From Lophium mytilinum (Eukaryota), in contig MU004185.1 of NCBI GenBank assembly GCA_010093605.1, forward strand, positions 1,013,334 to 1,077,333: 64,000 bases of DNA. The letters are read 5' to 3'. The translations under genes and the position numbers were made by a program. Below are positions 35,685 through 50,590 of the stretch, piece by piece (within the stretch, counting starts at the first letter, position 1; each line of letters opens with the position of its first letter). Under the pieces are notes generated by a model. The model did not search any database. It was not told where the DNA came from and saw nothing but the letters and a program-made list of their open reading frames with translations.

Positions 35685-37998
35685 CTAAATTCCCCTCCCA
35701 AACCTCCCCGTCTCAATCGCCGCCCCAACAACCCCATCCCCCTTAACAATCCCCGTCGTACAAATCAGCAGCTTCTTCCCCCCCGACTCCGCCAACTTCC
35801 TCGCCACAAACCTCATCGCAGCCACTTCCGCTCGACAGATCCCCCCCAAGAAGAACACAACCACCGTCTTCCCACTATCCGCATGCCCAGACCCATTCAG
35901 CATCTGCCGCGCCTTGACCGCTTTCTCCTCCCCACTCTGCGTCTCATTAAACGTCGCCCCGCGAATATTCTTCGCTGCATCCTCAAACAACCGCCAGCCC
36001 TGCGCGGCCGCCGCGGCCTGCTGCCCCGCCGGCTTCACGAGGCTCGCCAGCTGCTGCTTCTGCACGATGCTCTGCACCAGCCGCACGCTCAGCGGCGCGT
36101 AGCCCGAGAAGGCGTACGAAATATCATTCGGCTCGGCCTCGTTGACCTCGTCGTCCCAGACGCGGAGGTTGCGGCGCAGGGGCGCGTAGTTAGTCACGGA
36201 GCCTGGCTTCGCAGCCGCACCGCCGAGGCCGCCGCTGCGGGCCGTCAAGAGGCCCATTTTCTCGAGTGAGGCGAGCGTGATGAGGTGCTGGTGGCCATAA
36301 GCGTGGAGGATGGCGCGCTTGAAGTTCTCGAGGTCTTTGGCGCGCATGCCGGCGCTCGTGCAGCTTTCGAGGCAGAGGAGGCGCAGGACGGTGGGCAGGG
36401 GCACGCCGCGGTCGATGAGCTCGTTGATGGTGTCGTGCTGCGTGCTTGGGTCGGCGCCGGACATGACGTTTTGCTGGACTTCGAGGGTGCGGAGGAAGGT
36501 GTCTGTTCGGGTGCGTTTTATGATTTCTTCGGCGAGGCTGGTGTGGAGTTTTAGGCTGGCTTGCTCGGCTTGGTAGCCGGGGAGTTTGGCGACGAAGTCG
36601 CGGAGCTCGGCGGTGGTTTTGTTGGCAATTTGCCGGCTTTCGTAGGAGGTTTGCAGGCGGCGGGCTACTTTGTTGAGGAGATTGCCTACGATTGCGAAGT
36701 TGGAGTCGCCTAGGGTGCTGTAGAGGGTGTCTTTTGCGTCTATGGCGATTTTGCGTTTCAGGGTCTGTGATTGTGTTGCTGCGGAGCCGGAGTTTTGGCC
36801 AGGTTGTTGCTGTGAAGCTGCGCCCACGATTGAGGAATCGACTTCTGTTTGGTTTGATTGGATACCGAAGAACTCGTCTATCAGACCTTCATATGTGAGT
36901 TGGGAAAGGAGAACAGTGGGGTAGTCGACTTCGCGATCTATGACGATCAAGGTGTCCATTGAAGAACTAGGGGTGAGCCCGAGGAAGGACGGTCCATTGG
37001 TACTCGAACTTTCGCCTGCCGTAACCTCCGTGCGCATTCGTATTAGCAAATCGGCAAGACGTTTAGCGTTGTCACCTTTGCCAATGATTCGCGGGAATAG
37101 GCCATGTTTCTGTTGCATGAGCATGAGAGCCTTCGCAGAGAGATATATCGAGGTCGGGTCTTTGGACTAATGTAGATTAGCATCATATCATCTTTTCTCG
37201 TAGAGAAAGTCCTTACCAGGTACAGATCACTGAATGCATCTTCAAGTTCTAGAGATAATAGATCGTCTGCGAGAGGGACGAAATACAATGCAAGCTCGGA
37301 GACGCTCACTTCCCCTAGCACACCGGCTTCCTCGAGAATCTGGTCTGAGACCATCGTCCTTCGAGGCGACCAGAAGATGGAGAACTCATGGTCTATCTGG
37401 CTACTCCGGCGGAGACGCTTGATTTGATCTAATCGAGATGTAAGCATATAATGATGGACATACTTCGTATAGCACACGAAGAAGGAACCCAATGAGAAAA
37501 TGCTCGTCCCGTGGACGTTTTCAATGTAGGGATCGAAACTGACTATGTAGGGTAGGAGTGTAGTCTACATGGCCTCTTTATGATCCCACGGTTCTAATAC
37601 TGAAATTATGAAGTAGGGGTAGGGGTACGCTTCTTGATGGACTCTTTCTTGGAAACAATCACTCACCAGCCACAGCCATAACCGTCCTAGCCTTCTCCCC
37701 GCGCACTAGAAACACGACATTCCTTTGAGAGGAGTCGATATTATCATTCTCCAAGAAGAATAGCTTGTCCACGCCATATTCTTGGAGCGTGGAGACCTTG
37801 ACAAGAAGATTCAACGGTCCAGCAAGCGCTTTTTCTAGCACCAAGTTCTTCTTTCCTCGTACCTGCGGAGGTATTGTTAGTTTTATGTTAAATCCCAAGT
37901 AGCTTCTTAGCTTCACTTACCCCTTCAAGGAGTAGGAGGAGATCCCGACGGGCTTTCTCGCCGATTTCAGACGTGCTCAATGTTGTCTGAGGAGCCAT
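35685..37998 (-). CDS. VPS33: Sec1/Munc18 family HOPS/CORVET subunit Vps33
   Basis: LLEGVRGKKNLV, LSLEL, IDR.VD..T.LLSQLTYEGLIDE, YAFSGYAPLSVRLVQ and VFFLGG. Confidence 0.93.
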
Positions 37999-38252
37999 GA
38001 TGGATTATCGTCACGGTTCAAGGTGTGCATTAGTAGCCTTCGAATCCATCGTGGTGGCTAACTCCCATATACGGTTGCCTGCAATGGTATCTCGGAGGAG
38101 TCGATGTTGACGTGCGGAGGTTAATAAGTAGTTTTAGCGCGCCGAATTGATTTATTCGGAGCAGCGAGGATTTTCCGTGCGTCAACTCTAATGACTCTTT
38201 TAAGGACCCCACCAACGATTTCTAGTACTCAACACCCCGCTACATCTATTGT

Positions 38253-40163
38253 ATGCAGCTCCTCTTCCTCGCCCGAGCCAGATCTACGAGGTCTATTCAA
38301 CGCGTTATCTGGACTGCTACCCCCACGAGGAAACCCCAGACGTCTGCGAACGGCTGTAGAACATTCACACAGCAAGTCCTTCTAGAAGACGCCGAGATGG
38401 GGAAGAAAGAGAAATCCTCGTTTCAGCTGAAGACGCCCAAGGTAGCTATTACCGCTCCATATATTAGACATTCACGGCTAACAGATTTGCACAGGGCACG
38501 AAAGACTGTAGGTCCCCTCGACCCTGCCTCTCAGACTTTACAATTGAGCCCGCCTAATACTGTGATTGCAGGGCAGGGGACTGATATGGTCATCAGGGAC
38601 GGCATATTCAGCAAGATTAGCGAAGTCTTCAAGCGCCATGGAGCGGTGACAATTGACACGTGCGTCACTCTCCTCTGAACTCTCGACAGGCAGCACCCTG
38701 ACCTTCACAGACCCGTCTTCGAACTGAAGGAGATATTGGCGGGGAAATACGGGGAGGATTCGAAGCTCATCTACGACCTCGCGGACCAAGGTGGCGAGCT
38801 ATGCTCCCTCCGCTACGATCTCACCGTCCCATTCGCGCGCTGGCTCGCCATGAACTCGTCTGTCAAACACATCAAGCGATACCACATTGCCAAAGTCTAC
38901 CGCCGGGACCAGCCTGCTATGACGAAAGGACGAATGCGCGAATTCTACCAGTGTGATTTCGATATCGCCGGCGAGTACGACAGCATGATCCCAGATGCGG
39001 AGATATTGCGGATTACGAGCGAGATCTTCGAGTCATTGGGATGGCAGGGCAAATACACTATCAAGATAAATCACAGGAAAATACTGGACGGAATATTCGA
39101 GGTCTGCGGCGTACCAACGGACAAGCTGAGGACGATCAGCAGCGCGGTGGACAAGCTCGACAAGGTAAGCACCTTTGGGACCAGAATCCAATGATCTGAG
39201 GTAATCCAAATCCTTTCCAAATCAGTCGCTAATTGCATACAGTCGCCCTGGGATGAAGTCCGCCGCGAAATGACCGAGGAAAAGGGTCTCGATCCAGAAG
39301 TCGCAGACAAGATTGGCCAATATGTCAACTTCAAAGGCGCACGCGACCTGTTAACGAAACTGACCGAAGATACCACTCTCTATGGAAACGCTTCTGCAAA
39401 GAAGGGACTCGACGACATGGCAACCCTATTCGACTACCTAGAGGTCTTCGGGGTATTACCTAACGTTTCTCTCGACATGAGTCTGGCTCGCGGACTCGAC
39501 TACTACACCGGTGTCATCTACGAAGTGGTCACGGAAGGCTCAGCAGGCGACTCCACAGCCAAGAAACCCGCGAAAAAAGACAAAAAGCCAGCAGATGCGG
39601 ACGAAGATCGGTCTTCGGACCCTTCAGTAGGCGTGGGCAGCGTGGCTGCAGGCGGCCGATACGATGAACTTGTCGGTATGTTCAGTGGCAAGGGCCAGAT
39701 TCCGTGTGTTGGGATATCCTTCGGCGTCGACCGGATATTCAGCATCACAAAAGCACGCATGGCGAAAGAAACAGAGCTACGGCCAAACGAGGTCGATGTG
39801 TACGTCATGGTCCTGGGGAGCAAAGGCGGCCTACTCAAAGAACGCATGGAAGTCGCAACATTGCTGTGGGATGCAGGCATCAAGACCGAGTTCTCGTGGA
39901 AGGTCAAGCCAAAAGCGCCGCCACAATGGAAGGCGGCGGAGAACGGCGGCATCCCCTACGCAGTCATTCTTGGAGACGATGAGGTCAGAGACGGAAAAGT
40001 GACACTGAAGAAGTTTGGCCTTCCTGAGGGCCACCCGGAGAAGAATGGCGTGTTGATCAATCGGTCAGACCTATTGGCTGAGCTGAAGAAGAAGCTACGG
40101 GCGCTTTCTGAGCCTGAGCTGGAGGAAAAGGTTGCGGAGCTGACGGTGCAAGACAGCTCCTGA
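38253..40163 (+). CDS. HTS1: Histidyl-tRNA synthetase (in-frame ATGs at 38253 and 38397)
   Basis: [52 protein letters not shown], and a C-terminal anticodon-binding domain. Confidence 0.97.
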
Positions 40164-40615
40164 TTCGCGCAAGCTTTCTCTTCTTGATGTCGTTATGCTA
40201 TAGCTTCAAAAGCTATTTCACTATCTTGGCGACGGATTGATATCCGGCTCGAAATAGACGAGTCTGTTGACTGCTTACACTTGCTTGATGTCGTTTGAGG
40301 TCTTCTAGTATGGTTTAAGAGTCAGAACATCATTTTCGTTGCTTGACAAACTTCTGACGCGTCTAGTACTGGAGGGCAGCATAGGCCATTTACCTCTGGA
40401 ATAACCACCAAAATAAAGATAAGCTTGCGAAAGACCGCACGGAGATGACGGATCCTGATAGGATGGCACAGACCAGAGAGCAAGCGGCCGAGAAGCCCGC
40501 CATCCCTTTATAATCCTAGTTCGATTACTTATTCGCGCGGCATAAATACCCCCATGCGTCCTGTCCCGAGAACTTCATCTATTCTCACCATACCTATAGC
40601 CCTTTCTTTGTGGCA

Positions 40616-42177
40616 ATGTCGACAAAGATGACGAAACTGAGAGCGGCAGGTAGCTTTTAACCTTATAAGTATCTTTTCTACTAAAACTGCACTGACTTCA
40701 ATTTCCAGGCAAGACGGAGCGCCGTTGTATTATGCGGCAAGAACTAGGCTACTATAACAATCTTGCAATCACGGCAAAATACAGCCTCGACGCACCTGAA
40801 GGATCCAAAGTGACCCCTGAGACTTTCTTCCCGGCATTAAAGCTCTGTATAGCTAGGCATCCAATTCTAAGCTGTACTGTCTCCGGCCCTGAGACGGAAG
40901 CACCCGTATGGATTCGACCAGAGACCGTCGATCTTCGCAACAATATCAAGATCATTCAACCAGAATCGTTGAAATCAGATCCAAAAGATGAGCTCTTACA
41001 GCTCCAAGAAGCCCTCGCTGAAGAGCTCAACGAGCACTACCCCTTTCTCCCCACCGTCCTGCCCTGGAAAATCGTCGTCCTCCCCGTGGCGCAACAGAAA
41101 GGGGAATTCTACATCATCTTCTCAACCTCGCACGCCCACGCTGACGGCCAATCCGGACTCGCCTTCCACGAAACCTTCCTCCGCGGCCTAAACGCCTCCA
41201 CAACTCCTGACTTGGATCCTTTAGTCACAACACCCTCTGACCCCCTGTTACCACCTCTAGACGCCACCCCAATGCCCATCTCCTGGTCCTTCCTCCTCGG
41301 CCCCCTATTGGGCACCTACCTCCCCTCCTTCATCACCACCCCCCTCGGCATCCCCCGCGAAATCAACCCATCCTCCCCCGACATGTGGCGCGCCACCCCC
41401 TACACCTACACCCCCTCCGCCTTCCACACCGGCCTCTCCCTTACCGTGATCCCATCCTCCACCCTCACCGCCGCTCTCCGCGCCTGCCGCGCCCACGACA
41501 CCAAGCTCACCGGCCTCCTACACCAACTCGTCGTGCGCGCCCTCAGCGCCGCGATCCCCGACGCCCCCTCCACCGGCCACCCCGCCGGCTCCTTCGGCGC
41601 CCAAAGCGCGATAAGTCTACGCCGCATGATCCCCTCTATCTCGAACCACGAAATGGCCGTCCTCACCAATGCCGCCTTCGAGATCTTCCCCCGCGTGCCC
41701 CCATCTGAAGCTAAATCCCCAAACAGCGGAGAAAGCGTCGTCACGGATGCGATGTGGGCTGCAGCAAGCAACACGTCGAGGAAGCTCGCGGCCACCGCGT
41801 CGACGCTGGCGGACCAGCCTGTGGGGTTGTTGAAGTATTTGGCGCATTTCCGGATGTGGCTGACGAAGCATCTGGGTAAAGAGAGGGACTGTAGTTACGA
41901 GATTACGAATGTGATGGCTTTTGACCCGGAAGAGGGGGCGGCGGAGGGGGGGAGGTGGACGTTGGGGCGGACGTTGATGGCACAGCCGGCGAGTGTGACG
42001 GGGGCGCCGGTGAGTTTTGCGGTGGCGAGTCGGAAGGGGGGCGAGATGGTGGTGGCGGCGTCGTGGCAGAAGGGAGTTTTGGGGCTAGAAGAGGATGAAG
42101 AGGAGGTTGTGAAGGGGATAGGGGAGAGGGTGAGGGGGGATTTGGAGAGGTTGGCGGAGGAGCAGGATGGAGGCTAA
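40616..42177 (+). CDS. Alcohol acetyltransferase / N-acetyltransferase (ATF/SLI1-like)
   Basis: LR.AGK.E N-terminus split by an intron, HP.L, and the catalytic HxxxDG motif (HAHADG). Confidence 0.75.
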
Positions 42178-42897
42178 ATGAGTGCAATTTGGGGGCTGTG
42201 GCAAAGGAGAGGGGATTGAGGGTTGAAATTAGGGAGGGGAATTGATGATATTGCTAGAGGTCCTGAAGTAGGTCAATATCTTATCGTTTTGTATGCTGCG
42301 ATAATGAATTGAGGTACCTCGGACGGTGGCAGCATGAGTCTAAATGAGTGATGAAGGAGGCCTGATCTGGAGGCTGCGGCAGAGATGAGGAGATCGAGGA
42401 TCGAAATTAGGTAGGGGAGTTGATGATATTGCTAAAGGTCCTGAAATAGGTCAATATCGTAATGGTTTTGCTTGATGGGATACTGAGTTGTGATACCTCA
42501 GACGGCGGCAGCAGGAGTCCAGATGAGTGATGCAAGAGGTTCAATTTGGAGGCTGTAGCAAAGGAGAGGGGATCAAGGGCGAAAATTAGGCAGGGGAACT
42601 GATGACATTGCTGGAGGCCCTGAATTAAATCAACGTTGTTATGGTTTTGCACCATGCGATAGTAACTTGAGGTACCTCAGACGGCGGTAACATGAGTGCA
42701 GATAAGTGAGGGATGAGGTCTGGTTCAGGGCGGTTGTCCAAGGAGAGCAGGGCGGGGGTGGAAATCAGGTAGGGGAGCTGATGATATTGCTGGAGGTCCT
42801 GAATGAGACCGATATTGTTGTAGTTTGGCATGATGCGATAACAAGTTGAGGTATCTCAGACAGCGGCAGCCTGTAGTCAACGAACTACTTCTAGTGA
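42175..42897. repeat. Repeat family A, tandem array of ~4 x 179-bp units
   Basis: The anchor gaggtacctc(a/g)gac recurs at ~42311, 42490, 42669 and 42848, and tgatgatattgct(a/g)gaggtcctgaa recurs with the same period. Confidence 0.92.
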
Positions 42898-43097
42898 CCT
42901 ACTATCGGGTGGTTGCACCTCAGCGGGGTAAGGGATATCAAACAAGAAAATGGGTTATTTTCCTTTCCACTACATGGCGGCACGCCCACCCGACCCAGTC
43001 TAACATCCTCCCATGCCCTGACAGACGGCCGGCTTTATACGTACAGATGCAAAGAAAACACCACACCCGCGTACACATCCAAGCGATACACGTCCGC

Positions 43098-45409
43098 TCA
43101 ATATACTCTAAAAAATGGTCAGCCTGTAGTTTTTGCTTAAGGGAGGGGTCTGCTGACCGTTTGAAAGGCGGCACTTTCGCACACTCGGCCTCGTCCAGCG
43201 TCGTCGACACCACGGCCCTGTACCCGAGCTTCACATCCCCGTGCGGCTTCTTCTGCCAACTCAGCGTGTGCTTCATCCAGTTCTCATCATCACGGTCCGG
43301 GTAGTCCTCGCGGGCGTGCGCGCCACGAGACTCCTTGCGGTTAACAGCGCTTTCGGCGGTCTGCACGGCGCAAGTGAGTAAGTTGCGCAGCTCGAGGGTC
43401 TCAACGAGATCCGAGTTCCAGATCATGCTGCGGTCCTTGGTGCCCACGTCATTGAAGGTCTTGTCAACCTCGTGGATCTTGCGAACGCCCTCTTCGAGGG
43501 ACTCTTGCGTGCGGAAGACAGAGACGTCGGTCTGCATGGTCTTTTGCATATTGAGGCGGATCTCGGCGGTGCTCTTGGGCCCGTCGGCGGTGCGGATCTG
43601 GTCGAGGACGGAGATGGAGTCGGCGCCGGCGTCGGCGGCTATGGGGTCGTGCTTCTGGCCAGGCGTGAAGTTGTCTCGGATGGTGTGGCTGACGGCGCGG
43701 CCGAAGACGATGAGATCGAGGAGAGAGTTGGCGCCAAGACGGTTGGCGCCGTGGACGGAGACACAGGCGGCTTCACCGCAAGCGAAGAGGCCGGGAACAA
43801 CTGCGTCCTTGCCGTCTTCAGTGACGGTTAGGACCTCGCCGGTGTACTTGGTGGGGATACCTCCCATGTTGTAGTGGACGGTCGGTAGGACGGGGATGGG
43901 TTGCTTGGTAACGTCGACACCTGAGAAGATAGCGGCGGTTTCCGAGATACCTGGGAGACGGTCATGGAGAACTTCTGGGGGAAGATGGCTCAGTTGCAGG
44001 TAAATATGGTCCTTGTCCGGTCCAACGCCACGGCCCTCACGAATTTCCAATGTCATTGACCGGGAGACGACGTCACGGGAAGCTAGATCCTTTGCAGTTG
44101 GGGCGTACCGTTCCATGAACCGCTCGCCCTCAGAGTTGAGCAGATATCCGCCCTCTCCTCGAGATCCTTCCGTAATCAAACATCCTGCTCCGTAGATACC
44201 TGTGGGATGGAATTGGACAAACTCCAGATCCTGATTAGGGAGACCTGCGCGGGCAACCATTGCCATTCCGTCACCAGTACACGTGTGAGCAGACGTGCAG
44301 CTGAAGTAAGTCCGCCCGTAACCGCCAGTAGCAAGAACAGTGTTCTTAGCTAGGAACCTGTGGAGAGTACCGTCTTCTTGATTATACGCAATGACACCCT
44401 TGCAGACGCCATCTTCCATTATCAAGTCAGTGGCAAAAAATTCGATGAAGTATTTGGTGTTGTGTCGCAGCGATTGGCCGTAAAGGGTGTGAAGAAGAGC
44501 GTGTCCAGTCCTATCAGCGGCAGCACAGCAACGGTATGCTTGCCCACCTTTGCCGAACTTCTGAGATTGTCCACCGAAAGCACGCTGGTAGCTACGCTTC
44601 TCATTAGTACAGTCCGAGGAATGCACCAAGTTGGACCCACATCTTGCCGTCGTCTGTTCTCGAGAATGGGCAGCCGTAGTTTTCAAGCTCGATGACACTC
44701 TGAGGCGCCTCTCTTGTCATGTAATGGATAGCATCCTGGTCACCCAGCCAATCCGAGCCTTTCACTGTATCGTACATGTGCCATCGCCAATCGTCCTCGT
44801 GCATGCTGTTCGCGTATTAGCTTCCCCGCCACCTTTTCATGACTTTGCGCCGCACTTACTTTCCAAGCGCAGCATTGATGCCACCCTGTGCAGCTACAGT
44901 GTGAGATCGCGTGGGGAAAAGCTTCGATATGCAGGCAGTGTTGAATCCAGCTTCCGCCAACCCGAAGGCAGCGCGCAGACCCGCGCCACCAGCTCCAACA
45001 ACAATGGCGTCATACTCGTGGTCGATCACAGGGTACTTCTGGCTGATGAATGGCGAGGCTTCCTTCGCCCTCAGAGGCTCAGAGGCAAAGATGCGGGCGG
45101 CAGGTCTTGTCGAGGAAAAGGCTCGCGAGGGCGTCCTGAGGCTTTTGGAGAGCTGTTCGGCAGATGCACGGTTAGCAATCGGTCTAGAGGCGGTGGTTGC
45201 AATTGATAATTGTGCAATGCAAGCTTCTGGGAGCTATCTGACACATGAAAGGCTTTATGGGGGCGAATGGTGTATATTATGTCTCTTTCGCGGGGTGGCT
45301 AATCGGGGTTGCGGAGCGCCTCGGGAGGCTCAATGGGCAGGCAGGAGTGTGGAGGAGGGGAGCTCACCTGGCTCGCAAGCTGGAGGCGCCTCGATCGGAG
45401 GCAACTCAT
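43098..45409 (-). CDS. SDH1: Succinate dehydrogenase flavoprotein subunit
   Basis: Mitochondrial presequence [27 protein letters not shown] (covalent FAD His), [13 protein letters not shown], and a spliced end PPFKRVY*. Confidence 0.97.
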
Positions 45410-46061
45410 GATGGGCAACGATAGAGTCGAGAGGTGCGGCGATGCTGCGTGCGAGAGGAAGTTGTGGTCGGGCGAGGAACTAGGGCTTGGGACGAGGCTC
45501 GATTACGTCTGCTGTGATTCGTCTACTAGAATGCGTTACCTCGGGAAGAGCAGGAGCGGCGGAACGTGTTCGAGAGTGCGCAATATCGATAATCCCGGCG
45601 CTGGCAGACTGGGCCGAGTATCATTGCCTAGCCTACGGTCTCCATCGTGGCGATACTGCTGTTGTAGCGTTTGCTTCATTATTCTCTCAAGTCACACCGT
45701 CATGCATTTCCGCCAGGCGAGAAGACCACCTCGTGATCATTCAAAGTGTTCCCAGCGTAGCAACGCTACAACATCGGTCTAGTTATTGGTTGCTACTGGA
45801 ATAATCAGGGAAGTCCAACGTCTTCAGACCCCGAGCAAGACTGTATCATTCTCTCTCCCCGGATCAGAATGTGATCTCACGTCTTGCAAAATGCTACAAG
45901 TGCTTTGAAGCATCTCAACAGAGGACATACAGCATGTCGTGGCACCAATGTGATCGTTCAACTTTTCCATTGAGGTTTCAGTCGAAAGCTAGAGGAAGAC
46001 AACGCCAGAGCTACCCTCCACGGAACCTTGAAATACACACACCCGGAACAGAACCACCAAC

Positions 46062-47528
<1,467 letters not shown>

Positions 47529-47892
47529 TCACAATCCAAGTTGACCCCACCGCCGCTCTCCACGCAGAGTCCCAAGGTACAATCACCACCACAGCTTTGT
47601 TCCGACATATCACGATCCCGCCCCTCGCGCCCCCAGTCCATACCCTCCCGCGGCCGCCCACTGCCTTTTGCGAATTCACCCTCTCGAGAGCCCGCTCTGC
47701 GCCCGCCACCCGCAATCGCCGCCCTGCCACCTCTTGCCCCGGCCAGCCTCGACGTCGACGGCGCCAACCGGCGGTCCATATTCCCAACACTATCCTTGCC
47801 CGGACTCTTCAACAAACACCCACCTCTCTCCTCTCCCTAGCCCCCGCTCTCGGATTGTGGCTTGAGCTTCTGCTGGCCAAGTTGCGACAATC

Positions 47893-49778
47893 ATGGCAGA
47901 AGCAGAAGGGAACCCGACGACGTGGAAGTTCACTCAGTCAGTACTCCCTCTCGTCTTTCACCGCGTTGGAGCTTTCTTCTCACTTTTCTTATGTGTTTAT
48001 CTGCTTCTATTCGGTCGTTGTTGCTGCCCCAGGAGTTGCTGCTGTCTATTTCATTCAGCGCATGCCGAAGCGGTGAACTCGTACTGATGATTCACTAGAT
48101 GCTTCGGTGACAAAGGAGATGTAGAAGATATCACAGAAGGTACGTTTCATCGACTCACCTTACCCCCACCATAAACCCACTCTGCTCCAAGAATGTCTCA
48201 AAAGTGGAAGGTTGTTAAGCGTTACCACACAGCGGACATTATCTCCACCGTCGAGTTCGACCAGACAGGAAACTACCTTGCCACGGGCGACAAAGGCGGC
48301 AGAGTAGTACTCTTTGAGCGGAACGAAACAGTATGTCGGCACTTCACCTGCTCAGCTCCCCAACATGAGGAGGCACTTAATTGATGTATCTAGAAAAAAA
48401 CGTGTGAATACAAGTTCCATACCGAATTCCAATCCCACGAGCCAGAATTCGATTACCTCAAGTCCTTGGAGATAGAAGAGAAGATAAACAAGATCAAGTG
48501 GTGTCGACGACAGAATGCCTCGCACTACCTCCTCTCTACGAACGATAAAACGATAAAGCTCTGGAAGGTCTTCGAGAAGTCATTAAAGGTCGTCGCGGAG
48601 AATAACCTGTCGCATGAGTTGACCCCGGGCAGCGGCGTGGCTCCTGGAACTGGAGCTGGGGGCCCCGTCCGCAATCCCAACGCGCATTTCCGTACTGCCG
48701 CCGATCTTAAGCTGCCCCGCCTCACGCACCACGATACCGTGGTTGCCGCTGTTCCGCGGAAGACCTATGCTAATGCGCACGCCTACCATATCAACAGCAT
48801 ATCGGTAAACAGTGATGGCGAGACATTCATCAGCAGCGACGACCTCCGTATCAACCTATGGAACCTCAACATCCAGGATCAGAGCTTCAATATCGTGGAT
48901 ATCAAGCCAGCGAACATGGAGGAACTCACCGAAGTTATCACTGCCGCCGAGTTCCACCCGCAGAGCTGCAACTGGTTCATGTATGCCAGTTCCAAGGGCA
49001 CCATCAAGTTGGCGGATATGCGAGCGAGCGCCCTTTGTGATTCACACGCCAAGCGTAAGTTTTAAAGAAGCTGGATATTGCATCGCTATGCGCTAACATG
49101 TTCTTCAGAATTCGAGCAAGAAGAAGACCCATCCTCTAGATCATTCTTTTCCGAAATCATCTCATCCATTTCCGACGTCCGCTTCTCGCATGACGGTCGG
49201 TACATCCTTTCCCGAGACTACCTTACGGTGAAGATATGGGACGTGAACATGGAGCGTCAACCGATTAAGACCATTCCTATCCACGAGCATCTTAGGCCAC
49301 GGCTGTGCGATACATATGAAAACGACAGTATATTCGACAAGTTCGAGGTGGTGTTCTCAGGAGACGCGAAAAATGTTATGACGGGGAGCTACAACAATAA
49401 CTTCATGATATATCCTTCTGACCCAGAGAAGGACACGGAGGTGGTGCTGCAGGCAGACAAGTCGGCTTTTAAGGCGAAGAAGGTGGGAATTCCCACACCC
49501 ATGAATTCGTCAACAAGCCCTACCGGAAACAAAAAGGGAGGATCACGGGCCGGCAGTCCAGCAGCAGGGGCCGTTGGGCAAGGCCAGCGCATGCGCAAGG
49601 AGACGGATGCGGATCAGATCGACTTCAACAAGAAAATTTTGCATATGAGCTGGCATCCATTCGAGGACAGCATTGCAATTGCGGCTACGAACAATGTGAG
49701 TTTCACTCCTTTCCAAGTATCACTAGTGAGAGTTCTTGCTAATCCGTCCCCTAGCTCTTCGTGTTCTCAGCATTGTAG
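47893..49778 (+). CDS. CDC55: Protein phosphatase 2A B55 regulatory subunit (Cdc55/PabA)
   Basis: [51 protein letters not shown] and AATNNLFVFSAL*. Confidence 0.96.
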
Positions 49779-50590
49779 AGGGAGCCTCGGTCTTGGCAGC
49801 GTCGCATCTGGAAGAGCATCGACGTTCTTACGGCTTGCCGTCCCTGGATTCTTTCTTAGTGCATATAAGGTTCGGACACCCTATCAACACATCCATCTTG
49901 CTTGCGTTCTCGTAGTCGATTTGGCGGCACTGGCTCTGATAGATGGGTCTCTTCATGGCTGGCGGGCATCGGCGAAGATTGTGGTGGGCGGACAGGCTGG
50001 GCTTATAGGCAGTGCATAGTCGAAATGCAGATAGGACGTGGCCCGATCATGTGGATGCGGATGGTCGTCGTGACTGTGATGTCTAGGGCGTGGAGTATGC
50101 ACTGAAAGGCGTTTGATGCGTTCAGGTGAAGTAGGAGAATGGAGTGATCTGTAGTATGAATAATGAGGAATATGAGCGTATGAATTTGATCAGACAGTGT
50201 AATGCCATTCGTAAACTGGCAAACACTTACCCTGTACTTGCCGCTCTTCGACGTTTCGACTAGCTGTCAGGATTAGCACTGCAAAACCCCTGCAAAGCTA
50301 ATCTGACGTTCCTAGCCCGTCTCAGCCCTACGACCGATTTATTGTCTTGCTGGCGACACGCGACGATCTCCACCACGTCAACACTGCTGCTTCTACATCC
50401 TGGCTCTTTCACAATTATTGCACACGATGCTATAGATTTTGGCATTGCTCTTCCATATAAACGACCGGCGCTGTACGGCTCTCGTTTTCCTGCTGCTCAC
50501 TTTTCTTCTTGCCACCCTCTCTTGGCAGCCCCTTTCTCGAGCCAGTGTCGTTGTCCCCTCCAGACAGTATTATCGCCCAAGGCAATCACT

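Noticed and set aside
42175..42897. CRISPR-like interpretation of the periodic arrays (also 59.8-64 kb)
   Set aside because: The locus is eukaryotic, whole units are homologous with no unique spacers, the repeats are degenerate, and there are no cas genes.
42938..43160. C-terminal extension of SDH1 in the ORF track
   Set aside because: It is read-through of a short terminal intron. Splicing gives the normal PPFKRVY* end at 43098.
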